A stretch of DNA of 64,000 nucleotides from positions 62,001 to 126,000 of the forward strand of contig JAQGDQ010000310.1 in NCBI GenBank assembly GCA_030141605.1. Direction: 5' to 3'. Shown here piece by piece: positions 1-12,794 of this stretch. Source of the DNA: Tubiluchus corallicola. Taxonomy: Eukaryota > Animalia > Priapulida. The position numbers and the translations under genes are program-made. Below the pieces are notes generated by a model, which worked only from the letters and a program-made list of their open reading frames with translations, was not told where the DNA came from and did no database searches. Within the stretch, counting starts at the first letter, position 1; the number at the start of each line of letters is the position of its first letter.

Positions 1-1633
1 TGAGTCAGTTGTTACTACATCAGCTGACTCACACAGTAAATCAGCTAGCTCGGCTGAAGCGGAGTCACTTGCTACTACATCAGCTGACACACATGGTAAA
101 TCAGCTAGCTCGGCTGAAGCTGAGTCAGTTGCTACTACATCAGCTGACTCACACGGTAAATCAGCTAGCTCGGCTGAAGCTGAGTCAGTTGCTACTACAT
201 CAGCTGACTCACACGGTAAATCAGCTAGCTCGGCTGAAGCTGAGTTAGTTGCTACTACATCAGCTGACTCACACGGTAAATCAGCTAGCTCGACTGAAGC
301 TGAGTCAGTTGCTACTAAATCAGCTGACTCACGCAGTAAATCAGCTAACTCGGCTGAAGCTGACTCAGTTGCTACTACATAAGCTGACTCACACGGTAAA
401 TCAGCTAGCTCGGCTGAAGCTGACTCAGTTGCTACTACATCAGCTGACTCACACGGTAAATCAGCTAGCTCGGCTGAAGCTGACTCAGTTGCTACTACAT
501 AAGCTGACTCACACGGTAAATCAGCTAGCTCGGCTGAAGCTTAGTCAGTTGCTACTACATCAGCTGACTCACACAGTAAATCAGCTAGCTCGGCTGAAGC
601 TGAGTCAGTTGCTACGACATAAGCTGACTCACACCGTAAATCAGCTAGCTCGGCTGAAGCTGAGTCAGTTGCTACGACATAAGCTGACTCACAATAAATC
701 AGCTAGCTCGGCTGAAGCTGAGTCAGTTGCTACTACATCAGCTGACTGACACAGTAAATCAACTAGCTCAACTGAAGGTAAGTCAGTTGCTACTACATCA
801 GCTGACTCACACGGTAAATCAGCTAGCTCGGCTGAAGCTGAGTCAGTTGCTACTACATCAGCTGACTCACACAGTAAATCGGCTAGCTCGACTGAAGCTG
901 AGTCAGTTGCTACTACATAAGCTGACTCACACGGTAAATCAGCTAGCTCGGCTGAAGCTGACTCAGTTGCTACTACATAAGCTGACTCACACGGTAAATC
1001 GGCTAGCTCGGCTGAAGCTGAGTCAGTTGCTACTACATCAGCTGACTCACACAGTAAATCAGCTAGCTCGACTGAAGCTGAGTCAGTTGCTACTACATCA
1101 GCTGACTCACACAGTAAATCGGCTAGCTCGACTGAAGCTGAGTCAGTTGCTACTACATCAGCTGACTCACACAGTAAATCAGCTAGCTCGGCTGAAGCTG
1201 AGTCAGTTGCTACGACATAAGCTGACTCACAATAAATCAGCTAGCTTGGCCGAAGCTGAGTCAGTTGCTACTACGTCAGCTGACTCATACAGTAAATCAG
1301 CTAGCTTGGCTGAAGCTGAGTCAGTTGCTACTACATCAGCTGACTCACACAGTAAATCGGCTAGCTCGGCTGAAGCTGAGTCAGTTGCTACGACATAAGC
1401 TGACTCACAATAAATCAGCTAGCTTGGCCGAAGCTGAGTCAGTTGCTACTACATCAGCTGACTCACACAGTAAATCAGCTAGCTTGGCCGAAGCTGAGTC
1501 AGTTGCTACTACATCAGCTGACTCACACAGTAAATCAGCTAGCTCGGCTGAAGCTGAGTCAGTTGCTACGACATAAGCTGACTCACAATAAATCAGCTAG
1601 CTTGGCCGAAGCTGAGTCAGTTGCTACTACATC
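1..1633. repeat. 60-bp minisatellite (~27 copies, some 58-bp variants), intronic in the glycosidase gene, truncated by window edge
   Basis: Unit TCAGCTGACTCACACAGTAAATCAGCTAGCTCGGCTGAAGCTGAGTCAGTTGCTACTACA repeats with period 60; accounts for the repetitive ORFs at 9-1649. Confidence 0.97.
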
Positions 1634-2097
1634 ATATTTGAACCAGTGATTTGCAGTGTCACGTGATTATCGCAAGAGCGAAAATCTTCGCAACCGTCAA
1701 AAATGTCGGCTAGCTCGACTCCCATCACTGAGCAGTTGGCTCAACTAAAAGCTGGGTTTCTCATTGGCTAGGTCGACAGTAGAAATAAACCGGCTCGAGT
1801 TAAGCTGAAAAGGCGTGGCTCTGGCCTCTAGATATAATGCTTTCGTTACAACTGGTTTGTTAGCTAATTAACAATTATGTAAAAACTATTTCACTGATTT
1901 CCACGAAACTTTCCGGAAAGGCGCAACAAAGGCAAGGAAGAATAATTACAATAATAGCTATGCTCGATTAAGAATTGAAAGAGAAAATCTATTTTATTTG
2001 ATGAATTATTACTTTGCAAGCCTTGTTGGAGATTCTGAGCTCTTCTAGTGCAATTTTAGTTAAAATTGGAAGTAAGAAAGAAATAATATCGACTTAC

Positions 2098-5000
2098 TTT
2101 AGACCCTCTGCCTTTCGTGCTAACTGCACCTGTCTCACCATTGACAACGTACCGATGGAAAGCATCCTTCACATAAGGCGTGTAGTTTTCAATGTCGTAC
2201 AACAATACAGTATTCGTTTCATTTTCAGTAAAGAGTAATTCCGGTAATTCGCCATTAGGGGCAGAGTTGAAGTGCCATGCATATTCACCTGTAGAAAGGT
2301 AATTATCAGGTAATTCACCTAATACTTACGCTTACAGCTAATTAATGAAGTTAACCTACAGCAAAGACACGAAAGATACAAGCTAAAAGATAATTCATCA
2401 TTATGTGGTACGTGGTATGGTAGCCAGGCCACAGGTTGTAGATATGGAACTAGGTAACGTTTCTCTTGTTCACTTTGAAGACATCTGTGATGGTAGAGAA
2501 GGAACTATAACTGTAACTCATGTTTTAACGAGTTACAGTCAACCTCGGGTATAAGGTACTCGCTTATAAAGGACATTCACTTATAAGGGATCACCAACAC
2601 TGGTCCCAATTTTTCGCAAAGTTTTCCTTATAAAAATATTCTAATACAAGGTACTCGGATATAAGGGACTTTCAGTTATAAGGGAAGATATCTTCAGGTC
2701 TCGCGTAATAGAAACCCAGGTAAATTACCTTGTCTATAAGGGACCCTATAATCAAAATTTTTTTGCATCCTAAAAAGCCTGTGCCGAGACGCTGCATGGG
2801 CCCGACTGTATTCCGTTGTACTGTATTCCAGCTTGTTCGATTACGACAAAAAATAATCTTTAGTGTCCCCAAAATCAGTACATCTTTAATATTGTTTTCT
2901 ACAGCCAACTACATAAAATCAATTTTGATACACCCTCGGTCTGACTCAACTTCGCTTATAAGGGACATCGGATATAAGGGACAATTTTTTCCGGTCCGGT
3001 GGTGTCCCTTATATCCGAGGTTGAATCTACTCCTGTTAATTGAAATTAATCGCCCGTGATCATTAAGCACGGTGATATTTACAAATTAAAACTTTAAAAT
3101 TACAAAACAGAATCAAACTTCTTCAACAAAGCTTAGTAAACGTCCTCACCGAGCGTCTCATGCTTCCCATTCACTCTGTTACCGTGACGACCGTCCTTTC
3201 GCAGGTTGGCTTTCACTGTGCACCCCTCGTGTGTGCACCCCCACACCCACGTGTTCCGATACCAGACCGTGGGCAAAACGTGTATTCGTGCCTTCTTTGC
3301 TCCTCTGTTTGAAATTGTGTACCTGTTCAAAAATCCATCGCTAATGAGGTATGCTGCTCAAATTAGGTTGATACAAAAAATTTTAAATGTATTATTGTAG
3401 CATTAATTTTGCTAATGAATCACTTATATTCTTATAGTTTGCCCCCCCCCCTCCCTCCTCATAGCCAATCTTTAATGATTATGACGGCTACATTACTACC
3501 ATCAATTATATTTAAATGTTCTATACAATAGTTGTTACTACAAGTATAATGTATAATTTAATCTCTTCTCCCCCACTTAAATTTGGGCACATATGTGTGT
3601 ATATGTATATCATTGTATATACAAGTAAGTAATATGGTGCATTGTAATACAAGTAAGTGGTACATTGACAGATAATCACATAATTCATATTCGTAACCAT
3701 TTAAAAAAATGTTTTTTCACTCTTTAAGGCTCACTCAAAGTCGTAATTACATATTATGTTTTTCTTTCTCAACTTTCAGGTTTATTGCTGTTATACCATT
3801 GCTATTATTGCATCATTTACTTCATCCTTATTTACATTATGTTATCTACAGAAGCGTGCACAACTATAATCATTTTTTCATTTAAGTAAGGTGAGTGTGT
3901 TAATGACCGTATGGTCGTACACTCACCTCGCACTACTCAAATTATTACATCATTTACTTCATCCTTATTTCCATAAGTTATCTACAGAAGCATGCATAAT
4001 TATAATCATTTTTTCATTTAAGTAAGGTGAGTGTGTTAATGACCGTATGGTCGTACACTCACCTCGCACTACTCAAATTATTACATCATCTACTTCATCC
4101 TTATTTACATTAAGTTATCTACAGAAGCACGCATAACTATAATCATTTTTTCATTTAAGTCAGGTGAGTGCGTTAATGACCGTATGGTCGTACACTCACC
4201 TCGCACTACTCAAATTATTTAAAGTTTATTAATGTGTTTGATATTGTATTTTTTGATGTGTGAAATAAAATTCATAGTTCACAGGTGCAAGATGGTTGTG
4301 TGTGCAAACAAATTAAAACTGAAACTATTTTCATTTGATGCAAAATGAACACTACGCATCATCTGCTTGATAGAAACAATTTCTGGTGACAATTTATGCA
4401 GATGTATTAAATATTGTATTTAAACAGAGCATTTGTACTTTAATTTGTAGATATAGCTAATATATGTTTTAGCGGAAGGCCAGACGATTGTTTAGACTCA
4501 ATCTCATTTTAATTTAATCTCCAAACTATACATTTTTTGCCTATAAAAATTAGCAATTGGTTCTTATATTTGCCACAGTTTGTGCAATGGCAGGCGTCTT
4601 CTCTTGCGCGTCAAGCACGTTTGCATAAGTGTTACTGTTTAAATGCGTGATGTCACGAAAATGGGCTCTACGTCATATGATGTCAGAATCTAACACAGCA
4701 GTTCATGATCAGTCTTATCACTGTACCGCCTTCTATTTGCCAGCCACGCGAATGTGACAAAAAGGTGCCGTTGTCAATCTTAGTAGATTCACTGAGCCGT
4801 GCGTAGCTTTGAAAGTTTAACGAAATTTGAGTATCCGAGGTAATGGTTATTTAGTCTAAGCTTTGATTTAAAAAAAGCTATTGTAGTTTTCAATATTTTA
4901 AAGCATTCGTTGTTCTGAACTCGTGTTTACACAATCATCAGGTTTTCCTTTAATACTTTGCAAATCGTTACCTAAAATCTTGGGAAAATGTAGCCACGCT

Positions 5001-6807
5001 AAACCATGTAAAGTAATGTATGTTATATAATCATGTAACGTCATGAATGCAGTGTTGATGTAATGTAAAATTTAACGTGACAATTGTATGTTTGTAAATA
5101 TGGCTATATATTGCATATAATTAGACTGGCACAGTTTGCATATAATTAGACTGGCACAGTTTGCATATAATTAGACTGGCATAGTTTGCATATAATTAGA
5201 CTGACATAGTTTGCATATAATTAGACTGGCACAGTTTGCATATAATTAGACTGGCACAGTTTGCATATAATTATACTGGCACAGTTTGCATATAATTAGA
5301 CTGGCACAGTTTGCATATAATTAGACTGGCATAGTTTGCATATAATTAGACTGGCACAGTTTGCATATAATTAGACTGGCACAGTTTGCATATAATTAGA
5401 CTGGCACAGTTTGCATATAATTACACTGGCACAGTTTGCAGTTCAGTTTTTGAATTGCACTGGACAAGTTTGTCTTGAACAGGGTCGTTACTTTAAATGA
5501 CACGAAAAGGGGTACCTGAAGTATCGCCTTAAAATTACAATAGAACGATGAACTTGGTATCAAAATGATCCTCATGAAATGGAGATTCATGATACATGAA
5601 TAACTAGAAAAGCTTAGTTACCGACTTATGGACGATTTTGCTATGCAAACACACATTTATTAGATACAATACACAATACAGCTATATAGTAATGCTTACC
5701 GACAGAGAACATCATTTGGGCCGTGTTTTGCATATTCTGCTAGTACATCCCAGTATCTATCATTGTCGAATACACCTAAAAAATATTAATAACCAATTAG
5801 TGAGCATCGGTAACAGAAAGCAAGTGTTGTTACTTGACTACGACAAATGCAGTGGCGGATTTAGGGGGTGGGTCCAAGAGGCCTGCCCACCCTTTCATAG
5901 TAGCAGTTACAGCACACAAAGTGAATATTTTCTCTGGATTATAAGCTTTGGAATGTTTAGTGGTAGCTTTTAATGGCTTATATCGAGCAAAAAGTTCTGC
6001 ATTAATGATTTCAGTGTAAAAACGTTTGTGCCTTTAAGTGATAATTGAAGTTTCTGGCAAAGATGTCGCTGTGCGCAATTATATGCTATACTAGGGTGTA
6101 TACTAGTATATTGGTGCGTAATTAAGAGTCAAAAGTTTGAGGTGACATAATGAGTTTTAAACTATTGAATTTGCTTCAAGAAATAGTAAGAAAAATGGTC
6201 TAAAATGCACTGGTAGCTGCGGTTCCCCAGACCCCCTAGCTGCATTTTCGTTGGGCCCACCCTTTTTCTAAAGCCTGTATCCGCCGCTGGTACGTATTAA
6301 CATTAAATAATAAAATCACATATTTGACAAGGGTGTCCACAGAGTTCTGAAACAAATTGATTATTATTGCTCTGTGGAGTGGCAAAGAATGAGAGATTGT
6401 ACCATCTTGTTAATATCACCAATGCCAACTTCACTTATGCATGTACTAAAACCTACTCATTTTTTAATTAATGTGATTCATTACTGATAACAAATATTAA
6501 CATATTTACCTTCTATTTGCAAAGGGGTGGTTTATGCTACTACTATTCAAAATCGATTAACAAATCAAACTCCACTTAGTATGCAGAAAAATCGTTACAC
6601 AGCATAAAATAGTGTGCCAAACTGTCAGTCATGTTTGCACAGTTATTTTGTTATACAGACGATGAACTTTTCGACAAATGCAATCATCTTTTACTAAATG
6701 TGCAAAAGTTTATAGCAATTCATCTTTTTCTCCATATAAAAACTTTTTTCTTGATCCACAAGGGGGCAATCAATTATTAGGCGATGAGTCTACTGCCTCC
6801 CCATTTT

Positions 6808-6845
<38 letters not shown>

Positions 6846-9800
6846 CCTCCCTTTCTCTCTCTTTTAACAGCCACCTGTGCTACCTGTATCTTCCAGTTCA
6901 TATTCAGGATCATTTACTGTTCTGTTCCGATTCTCTTCCACAAGCTCCGAATACGGATATCCCTCTTGCGGATACTTGTACAAAACTTTCATGTACGAAT
7001 ACGTGGGTGTGGCGTCAAGGTAGTAATAATTCTCCTTGCAGTCCTCTCCGTGATTTCCCTAGAATTTGAAAAGCATGTCTTTCATCACTGTGCGTTGAAC
7101 AACCGATTTACATAGACATGCATGTATGACTACCAAATGGAGAAATCATCTTTTCCAGCCATTTATAATATTTTCTGAAATTGCGTATGCTTAGAATATT
7201 CTTAAAAATGATCCTTCATTCAGTTAAGAAAGCAAAAATTTGATGATATTCAAGGAATGTTAAAGGGGAATTTTTTAAGTGTGCCTCACAAAATTTTCCA
7301 TATAAAGTTATATTACTTTGCATTATGCTTATCTGCTTGAAACACTTATGTAACTGGAAAAGAAAATTCATAGTAATTTAAAATGTTTGTTCCAGCTGTT
7401 AAAACATCATTGACTCACCTTCCCTGTATGCACCACTGACTCACTAAAACAGTATTACTCTTACTAGCAAAATATTTTATACTTTTGCTCATAGTTAGCG
7501 AAGTGTGCGTTGCGAATGCTCTGATTATTTTTTCAACTTTCCGCAATATTATCTAAACTTATTTCAGTCAATTCACCATTAAAATGGTTACACCGAACGA
7601 TCATCGCGGGTGCTTAAATTTTCAAGTTTTATACAGCGTTACTGCTAATACAAGCTCTGTGTGCAATAAGACAGCATGTAAGAGATACAAGATTTCAAGA
7701 CGACTTTTTTATGCTTTATTTACGAAATTATTTGTGATTTATTTATTTATTTATGTTTTCTTATTCTTGAAAGAAGAGATTGCTGCATTTAGTGCTAAAA
7801 ACAACAAAAACTTCTCCCCCAAAACTGCTGTTTTCCAAAAAAGACTCGTGAAAGTGTGCATTGCCCAATAAAAGTATCGTAATAAAGTGAAGAAAAATGT
7901 TTCTATCTAAAGTTTCACAAGAAAAATAAAAGCCTAATAGGAACAGCCTAACTATTACGGTAGGCCGGTATAGCAAGGTGATTTCATAATGCAGACACAA
8001 TTACCTTTTAAAATACAGTAAGTCCTTACTAAATGGCTCCCCGTTTAACGACGTTTCGTTTTAACGACGCTAAACATTTGACACCTTTTTCTCACTTAAC
8101 GATGCACTGTTTCATTTTAATGACTTTTTTACCTTGCTAACCGCCACTTTTAATTTGAAGCAGCAAAACGGTAAATATTGCGTTATTCTGTTCTAAAAAT
8201 CCACCAGTAACCTAAACAGTGCAATTATTATAATGCTTTTGCTTCCCGACTGACTACATACTAAATTCTAGTGACTTTTGGCCCACTGTATCAAGGGAGA
8301 TCTATTCGCCTATTTATACGTCTCCACACATCCAACTTTTAAACTTTATGCCAAGGAATTTTGTCTGCGACCTAGCTGTTGCTATAACAACCAGGTAGCA
8401 TTGTTTCAAGATCACTTCATGCAGGATTGTTTAACTGCTTACTGTCTGTATATATGCGTTAACGTTAAGGAAAGTGAATCGTTGCAAGTCTAGCTGGATA
8501 TTATAGAAAGATAGGTGGTTTTAAGCAAACAGAAGAAATTAATCAGTAGAAATATGAATAAAACCTATAAAACATTTAATTTATATAATTTGAGGATTGA
8601 TTTGTGCTTCTGGAACGTATCTCAATACTTTTACATTATTTTCTATGGAAGTCTTGGTTTCGTTTAATGACGCTTCGCTTAACGTCGCGCTTTTCTGGAC
8701 TGCATTAGCGTCGTTAAGCGAAGACTTACTGTACATGTTTCAGCAGCCTGCAATCCAGAATTTAACAGCAAGGCCTGCTGGCGGAGAGACCCAAACTTGA
8801 TTCGTTATCAAAGCAATGTCTCTAAGATGAGCTACTGAACCACAAGTGAATACTTGAAAATATATACATCCTTTCTCTACTGCGTAAACAGTCAGAATCA
8901 GTACGGCTAATAAAATAGCGCACGTGAGTACTGAACCAGTTGAAACATCTGCTCACGGACCAGGCTAGACATTTTAACTTTGGATGTCGACCAAAACCAT
9001 GACAACTTGGCTATATATACCTCCATCAGATTTTCAATGAGATCCGAACAAATTCACAAGTACTGAACAAACTGATAACAATGATACGATATTAAAACAC
9101 CACATATGTTAAATATTGACAGCACTACTGAGTATTGACACAACTAATTGCTATTTCACACTGAACAGTTCCTCAAATAAGCTTTTAATATTATAACTAG
9201 AACATAATAAGTGAAATTTACGTATTGATATAATGGACCATAAATATTTACCATGTACTTTCATTACAAAAGTGTAATACATTAATTTTAGGATTATACA
9301 GACGGATTAATGCAGGCGGCTTCAAATCAGTGAGTTAATTTAGTTTACAAATATGGCTTCAAATCAGTGAGTTAACTTAATTTACAAATACGGTTTCAAA
9401 TCAGTGAGTTAATTTAATTTACAAATATGGCTTCAAATCAGTGAGTTAACTTAATTTACAAATATGGCTTCAAATCAGTGAGTTAACTTAATTTACAAAT
9501 ACGGTTTCAAATCAGTGAGTTAACTTAATTAACAAATACGGCTTCAAATCAGTGAGTTAATTTAATTTACAAATACGCTTTCAAATCAGTGAGTTAACTT
9601 AATTTACAAATACGGCTTCAAATCAGTGAGTTAATTTAATTTACAAATACGCTTTCAAATCAGTGAGTTAACTTAATTTACAAATACGCTTCAAATCAGT
9701 GAGTTAATTTAATTTACAAATGCGGCTTCAAATCAGTGAGTTAATTTAATTTACAAATACGCTTTCAAATCAGTGAGTTAACTTAATTTACAAATACGGC

Positions 9801-12331
9801 TTCAAATCAGTGAGTTAATTTAATTTACAAGTACGCTTTCAAATCAGTGAGTTAATTTAATTTACAAATACGCTTTCAAATCAGTGAGTTAATTTAATTT
9901 ACAAATACGGCTTCAAATCAGTGAGTTAATTTAATTTACAAATACGGCTTCAAATCAGTGAGTTAATTTAATTTACAAATACGGTTTCAAATCAGTGAGT
10001 TAACTTAATTAACAAATACGGCTTCAAATCAGTGAGTTAATTTAATTTACAAGTACGCTTTCAAATCAGTGAGTTAATTTAATTTACAAATACGCTTTCA
10101 AATCAGTGAGTTAATTTAATTTACAAATACGGCTTCAAATCAGTGAGTTAATTTAATTTACAAATGCGGCTTCAAATCAGTGAGTTAATTTAATTTACAA
10201 ATGCGGCTTCAAATCAGTGAGTTAATTTAATTTACAAATGCGGCTTCAAATCAGTGAGTTCATTTAATTTACAAATACGGCTTCAAATCAGTGAGTTAAT
10301 TTAATTTACAAATGCGGCTTCAAATCAGTGAGTTAATTTAATTTACAAATGCGGCTTCAAATCAGTGAGTTAATTTAATTTACAAATGCGCTTTCAAATC
10401 AGTGAGTTAATTTAATTTACAAATACGACTTCAAATCAGTGAGTTCATTTAATTTACAAATACGGCTTCAAATCAGTGAGTTAATTTAATTTACAAATGC
10501 GGCTTCAAATCAGTGAGTTAATTTAATTTACAAATACGGCTTCAATCAGTGAGTTAATTTAATTTACAAATACGGCTTTAAATCAATGAGTTAATTTAAT
10601 TTACAAATACAGCTTCAATCAGTGAGTTAATTTAATTTACAAATAAGCTTTCAAATCAGTGAGTTAATTTAATTTACAAATAATTTGAGGAAACTCCAAG
10701 TTTTTTTAGCTAAACATTATAAGATAATTAGCTAACTGAAGTTTTATTCGCATAATTATAACTGGGCAATGTTAAGTTTAATAGTATCTTACAAACAGAT
10801 TGAACCAGATGAATTCAAACTGATGCTTTACTTTAATTTACGAAGGTTTTCACAATTAATTTACAAACTATGAGTTTTTCAGCTGCTTAACATGTTTCTA
10901 CTAACCCACTTTCATTCCCGTAATTGACCTGTATCATAGCTGCTACAATTAACTTACAATCTACGAGTTTTTCAGCTGCTTAACATGTTTCTGCTAACCC
11001 ACTTTTATTCCCGTAATTGACCTGTACCATAGCTGCTACAATTACTTTACAAACTATGAGTTTTTCAGCTGCTTAACATGTTTCTGCTAACCCACTTTTA
11101 TTCCCGTAATTGACCTGTATCATAGCTGCTACAATTCATTTACAAACTATGAGTTTTTCAGCCGCTTGACAAGTTTCTGCTAACCCACTTTCATCCCCGT
11201 AATTGACCTGTACCATAGCTGTAAAGGTAAGGTAGATCAATACAAGCACAGAGCCGACCATGACTTGCATTTTTTGTACCTCTAACTGTGTGCTTGTGTA
11301 GTGTGTTGCATTCTAAGCTTCCGCCAACTAACCTGAATGCAGAAAGACACACAAAAAACTTCATTTACCAAGGTCATGTTTATTTACCACGCATCACATT
11401 TATTCTACAGCTTTGAACTTTCACTGTAATGACCATAAAGAAGTCACTCTAAAGAAACTTTGTGATTAAGTTCTGCAGTAAGAAAACTACCTATATGTCA
11501 TTGCAGAGCTAGAGTACAATCAACTGACATTAAGTTGGTAGTTAACTAAATAATATAAACTAAATACGTATTGTCTATGTAAGCCAGCTTTGTTCAACTT
11601 GAATTATTAACCGACTCGTCTGTTTTGGAATCTGTCAATCTCCATGTATTCAATAGATGTATTGAAATATCCATAAAACAAATTAGGACAATAAAAATTG
11701 TACAGTCAACATTGTAAATCTAGTCTGTATTAGTGATGTGTACCAGTCAGCTTTGTTTAATTTTAAATTAATGTCGTGTGCATCTGTGTAACATCATTAT
11801 ATGAATCAACCTTTTATTATAAATGTAACTCTATATCTGTGATACGTCTTAATATGTTTAAATTTTATTTACATGTAAAACAATTCCCTGCAAATACAGG
11901 GACGCCAGCGTGTATATATTTTTTTTTTCTAAACAAAGAATTATAATAATAATAATAATAACGGCAAATCTTAGAACTTTGCCTATTAATGGAGCCAAAA
12001 AAACAACATTATTTACCTCGGGGCCTGTCAGACCAAACAGACGCTCTTTGAGAATTGGGTCTTTTTCGTTCCACAGAGCTAATGAACAGCAAAGTCGACA
12101 TTGTCTGTCTGTGATTCCTAGCAGACCGTCCTCACCCCATCGGTACGCACGTGAACGGGCATGGTCGTGAGGAAAGTAATCCCATCTGGGGAAGCCAGAA
12201 GGACTAAAGTTATCATAAATAAACACGAAAAGCTGCAGTGAAAGGGAAAAAAGAATCGGAGAAGGCGGAAGGAAATTGAGGATGAGCAAAGACAGGAGAG
12301 ATAGAGAAAGCATCGATGGTAATGAAAGAAA

Positions 12332-12387
<56 letters not shown>

Positions 12388-12794
12388 GGGAGGGAGAGAA
12401 GAATCGATATTATACCGAAACAAATATAACTCAATTCAGCTGTTAGTGATGGACTAAACACGCAATTGTTGAATCTGTAAAGCCAAATTCAGACAGAAAT
12501 GTGAAAAGTAATCTTGAAAATTAAAATTAGAAAATTAACCGAATTCAACCGCTTAACCGCTTAACTTTAAGCCTGATAGATACGCAAGTTTAACATTAAA
12601 AATGAGTTGGAGTCACCTTATATTATGACAACATGGAAGTAATAATAATTAAAAAAAGAAATTTACGCGCTTCCGTCTTCTGAGTAGTCCTCTCTAACAG
12701 TACCCCACTGTCGCTCTGATAAATACGGCCCCCATCGTTTCCAGTTCTTCAACCTCTTTGCATCCTCGCTTAGGCGCACTTGTTCTGGATTCAT
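2098..12794 (-). CDS. YMR196W-like glycoside hydrolase (GH63/MGH1-related glucosidase), 5' six coding exons; gene continues beyond left edge
   Basis: Exons 12794-12667, 12185-12017, 7058-6884, 5775-5700, 3322-3150, 2288-2098, all GT-AG with consistent phases (2,0,1,2,1,0). Translation [63 protein letters not shown]...[35 protein letters not shown]...LLFTENETN...[13 protein letters not shown] matches motifs I recognise from the fungal/bacterial YMR196W-like family. Probable 5'UTR intron ~12835-13380. Confidence 0.9.
2536..3027. mobile_element. Tc1/mariner-pogo-type MITE, family 1
   Basis: TA|CAGTCAACCTCGGGTATAAGG ... CCTTATATCCGAGGTTGAATC|TA terminal inverted repeats; related copies at 20361-20805 and 52616-52942. 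Confidence 0.85.
3811..4220 (+). repeat. ~136-bp tandem triplication containing a stem-loop, probably a LINE 3' end
   Basis: Three copies starting at ~3811, 3948 and 4084; each holds AGGTGAGTGTG..TGACC-GTAT-GGTCG..TACACTCACCT; followed by GAAATAAAA at ~4262. Confidence 0.75.
4470..4953. mobile_element. Non-autonomous DNA transposon, TTAA-ended (Kolobok-like), family A
   Basis: Ends GGAAGGCCAGACGATTG / CAATCATCAGGTTTTCCTTTAA; homologous copies at 15061-15613, 26790-27344 (inverted) and 63925-64000. Confidence 0.75.
5110..5440. repeat. 25-bp minisatellite (~13 copies)
   Basis: Unit TTGCATATAATTAGACTGGCACAGT. Confidence 0.95.
5850..6289. mobile_element. hAT-like MITE
   Basis: Terminal inverted repeats CAGTGGCGGAT ... 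ATCCGCCGCTG; target-site duplication not evident. Confidence 0.65.
7260..7750. mobile_element. Dispersed repeat family B (TTAAAGG start, Kolobok-like)
   Basis: Shares blocks (CTGCTTGAAA..CTTATGTAACT, TGACTCACC..GCACCA, GAATGCTCTGATTATTTTTTCAA, ATTTCAAGACGA) with 22900-23330 and its inverted copy 23650-24120. Confidence 0.65.
8016..8731. mobile_element. Tc1/mariner-pogo (Tigger-like) MITE, family 2
   Basis: TA|CAGTAAGTCCTT ... AAGCGAAGACTTACTG|TA; internal TTAACGACG motifs; copies at ~18940-19437 (partial) and 32716-33446 (inverted). Confidence 0.85.
9316..10681. repeat. 37-bp minisatellite (~37 copies)
   Basis: Unit GGCTTCAAATCAGTGAGTTAATTTAATTTACAAATAC. Confidence 0.97.
10858..11221. repeat. 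93-bp tandem repeat (~4 copies)
   Basis: TTACAAACTATGAGTTTTTCAGCTGCTTAACATG... recurs at 10861, 10954, 11047 and ~11140. Confidence 0.93.
12332..12382. repeat. (TG)n(AG)n compound microsatellite
   Basis: Direct reading. Confidence 0.95.

Noticed and set aside
9-1649. Repetitive Leu-rich and Ser/Ala-rich ORFs
   Set aside because: Translations of the 60-bp minisatellite with frame switches; non-ATG starts; lies in an intron of the opposite-strand gene.
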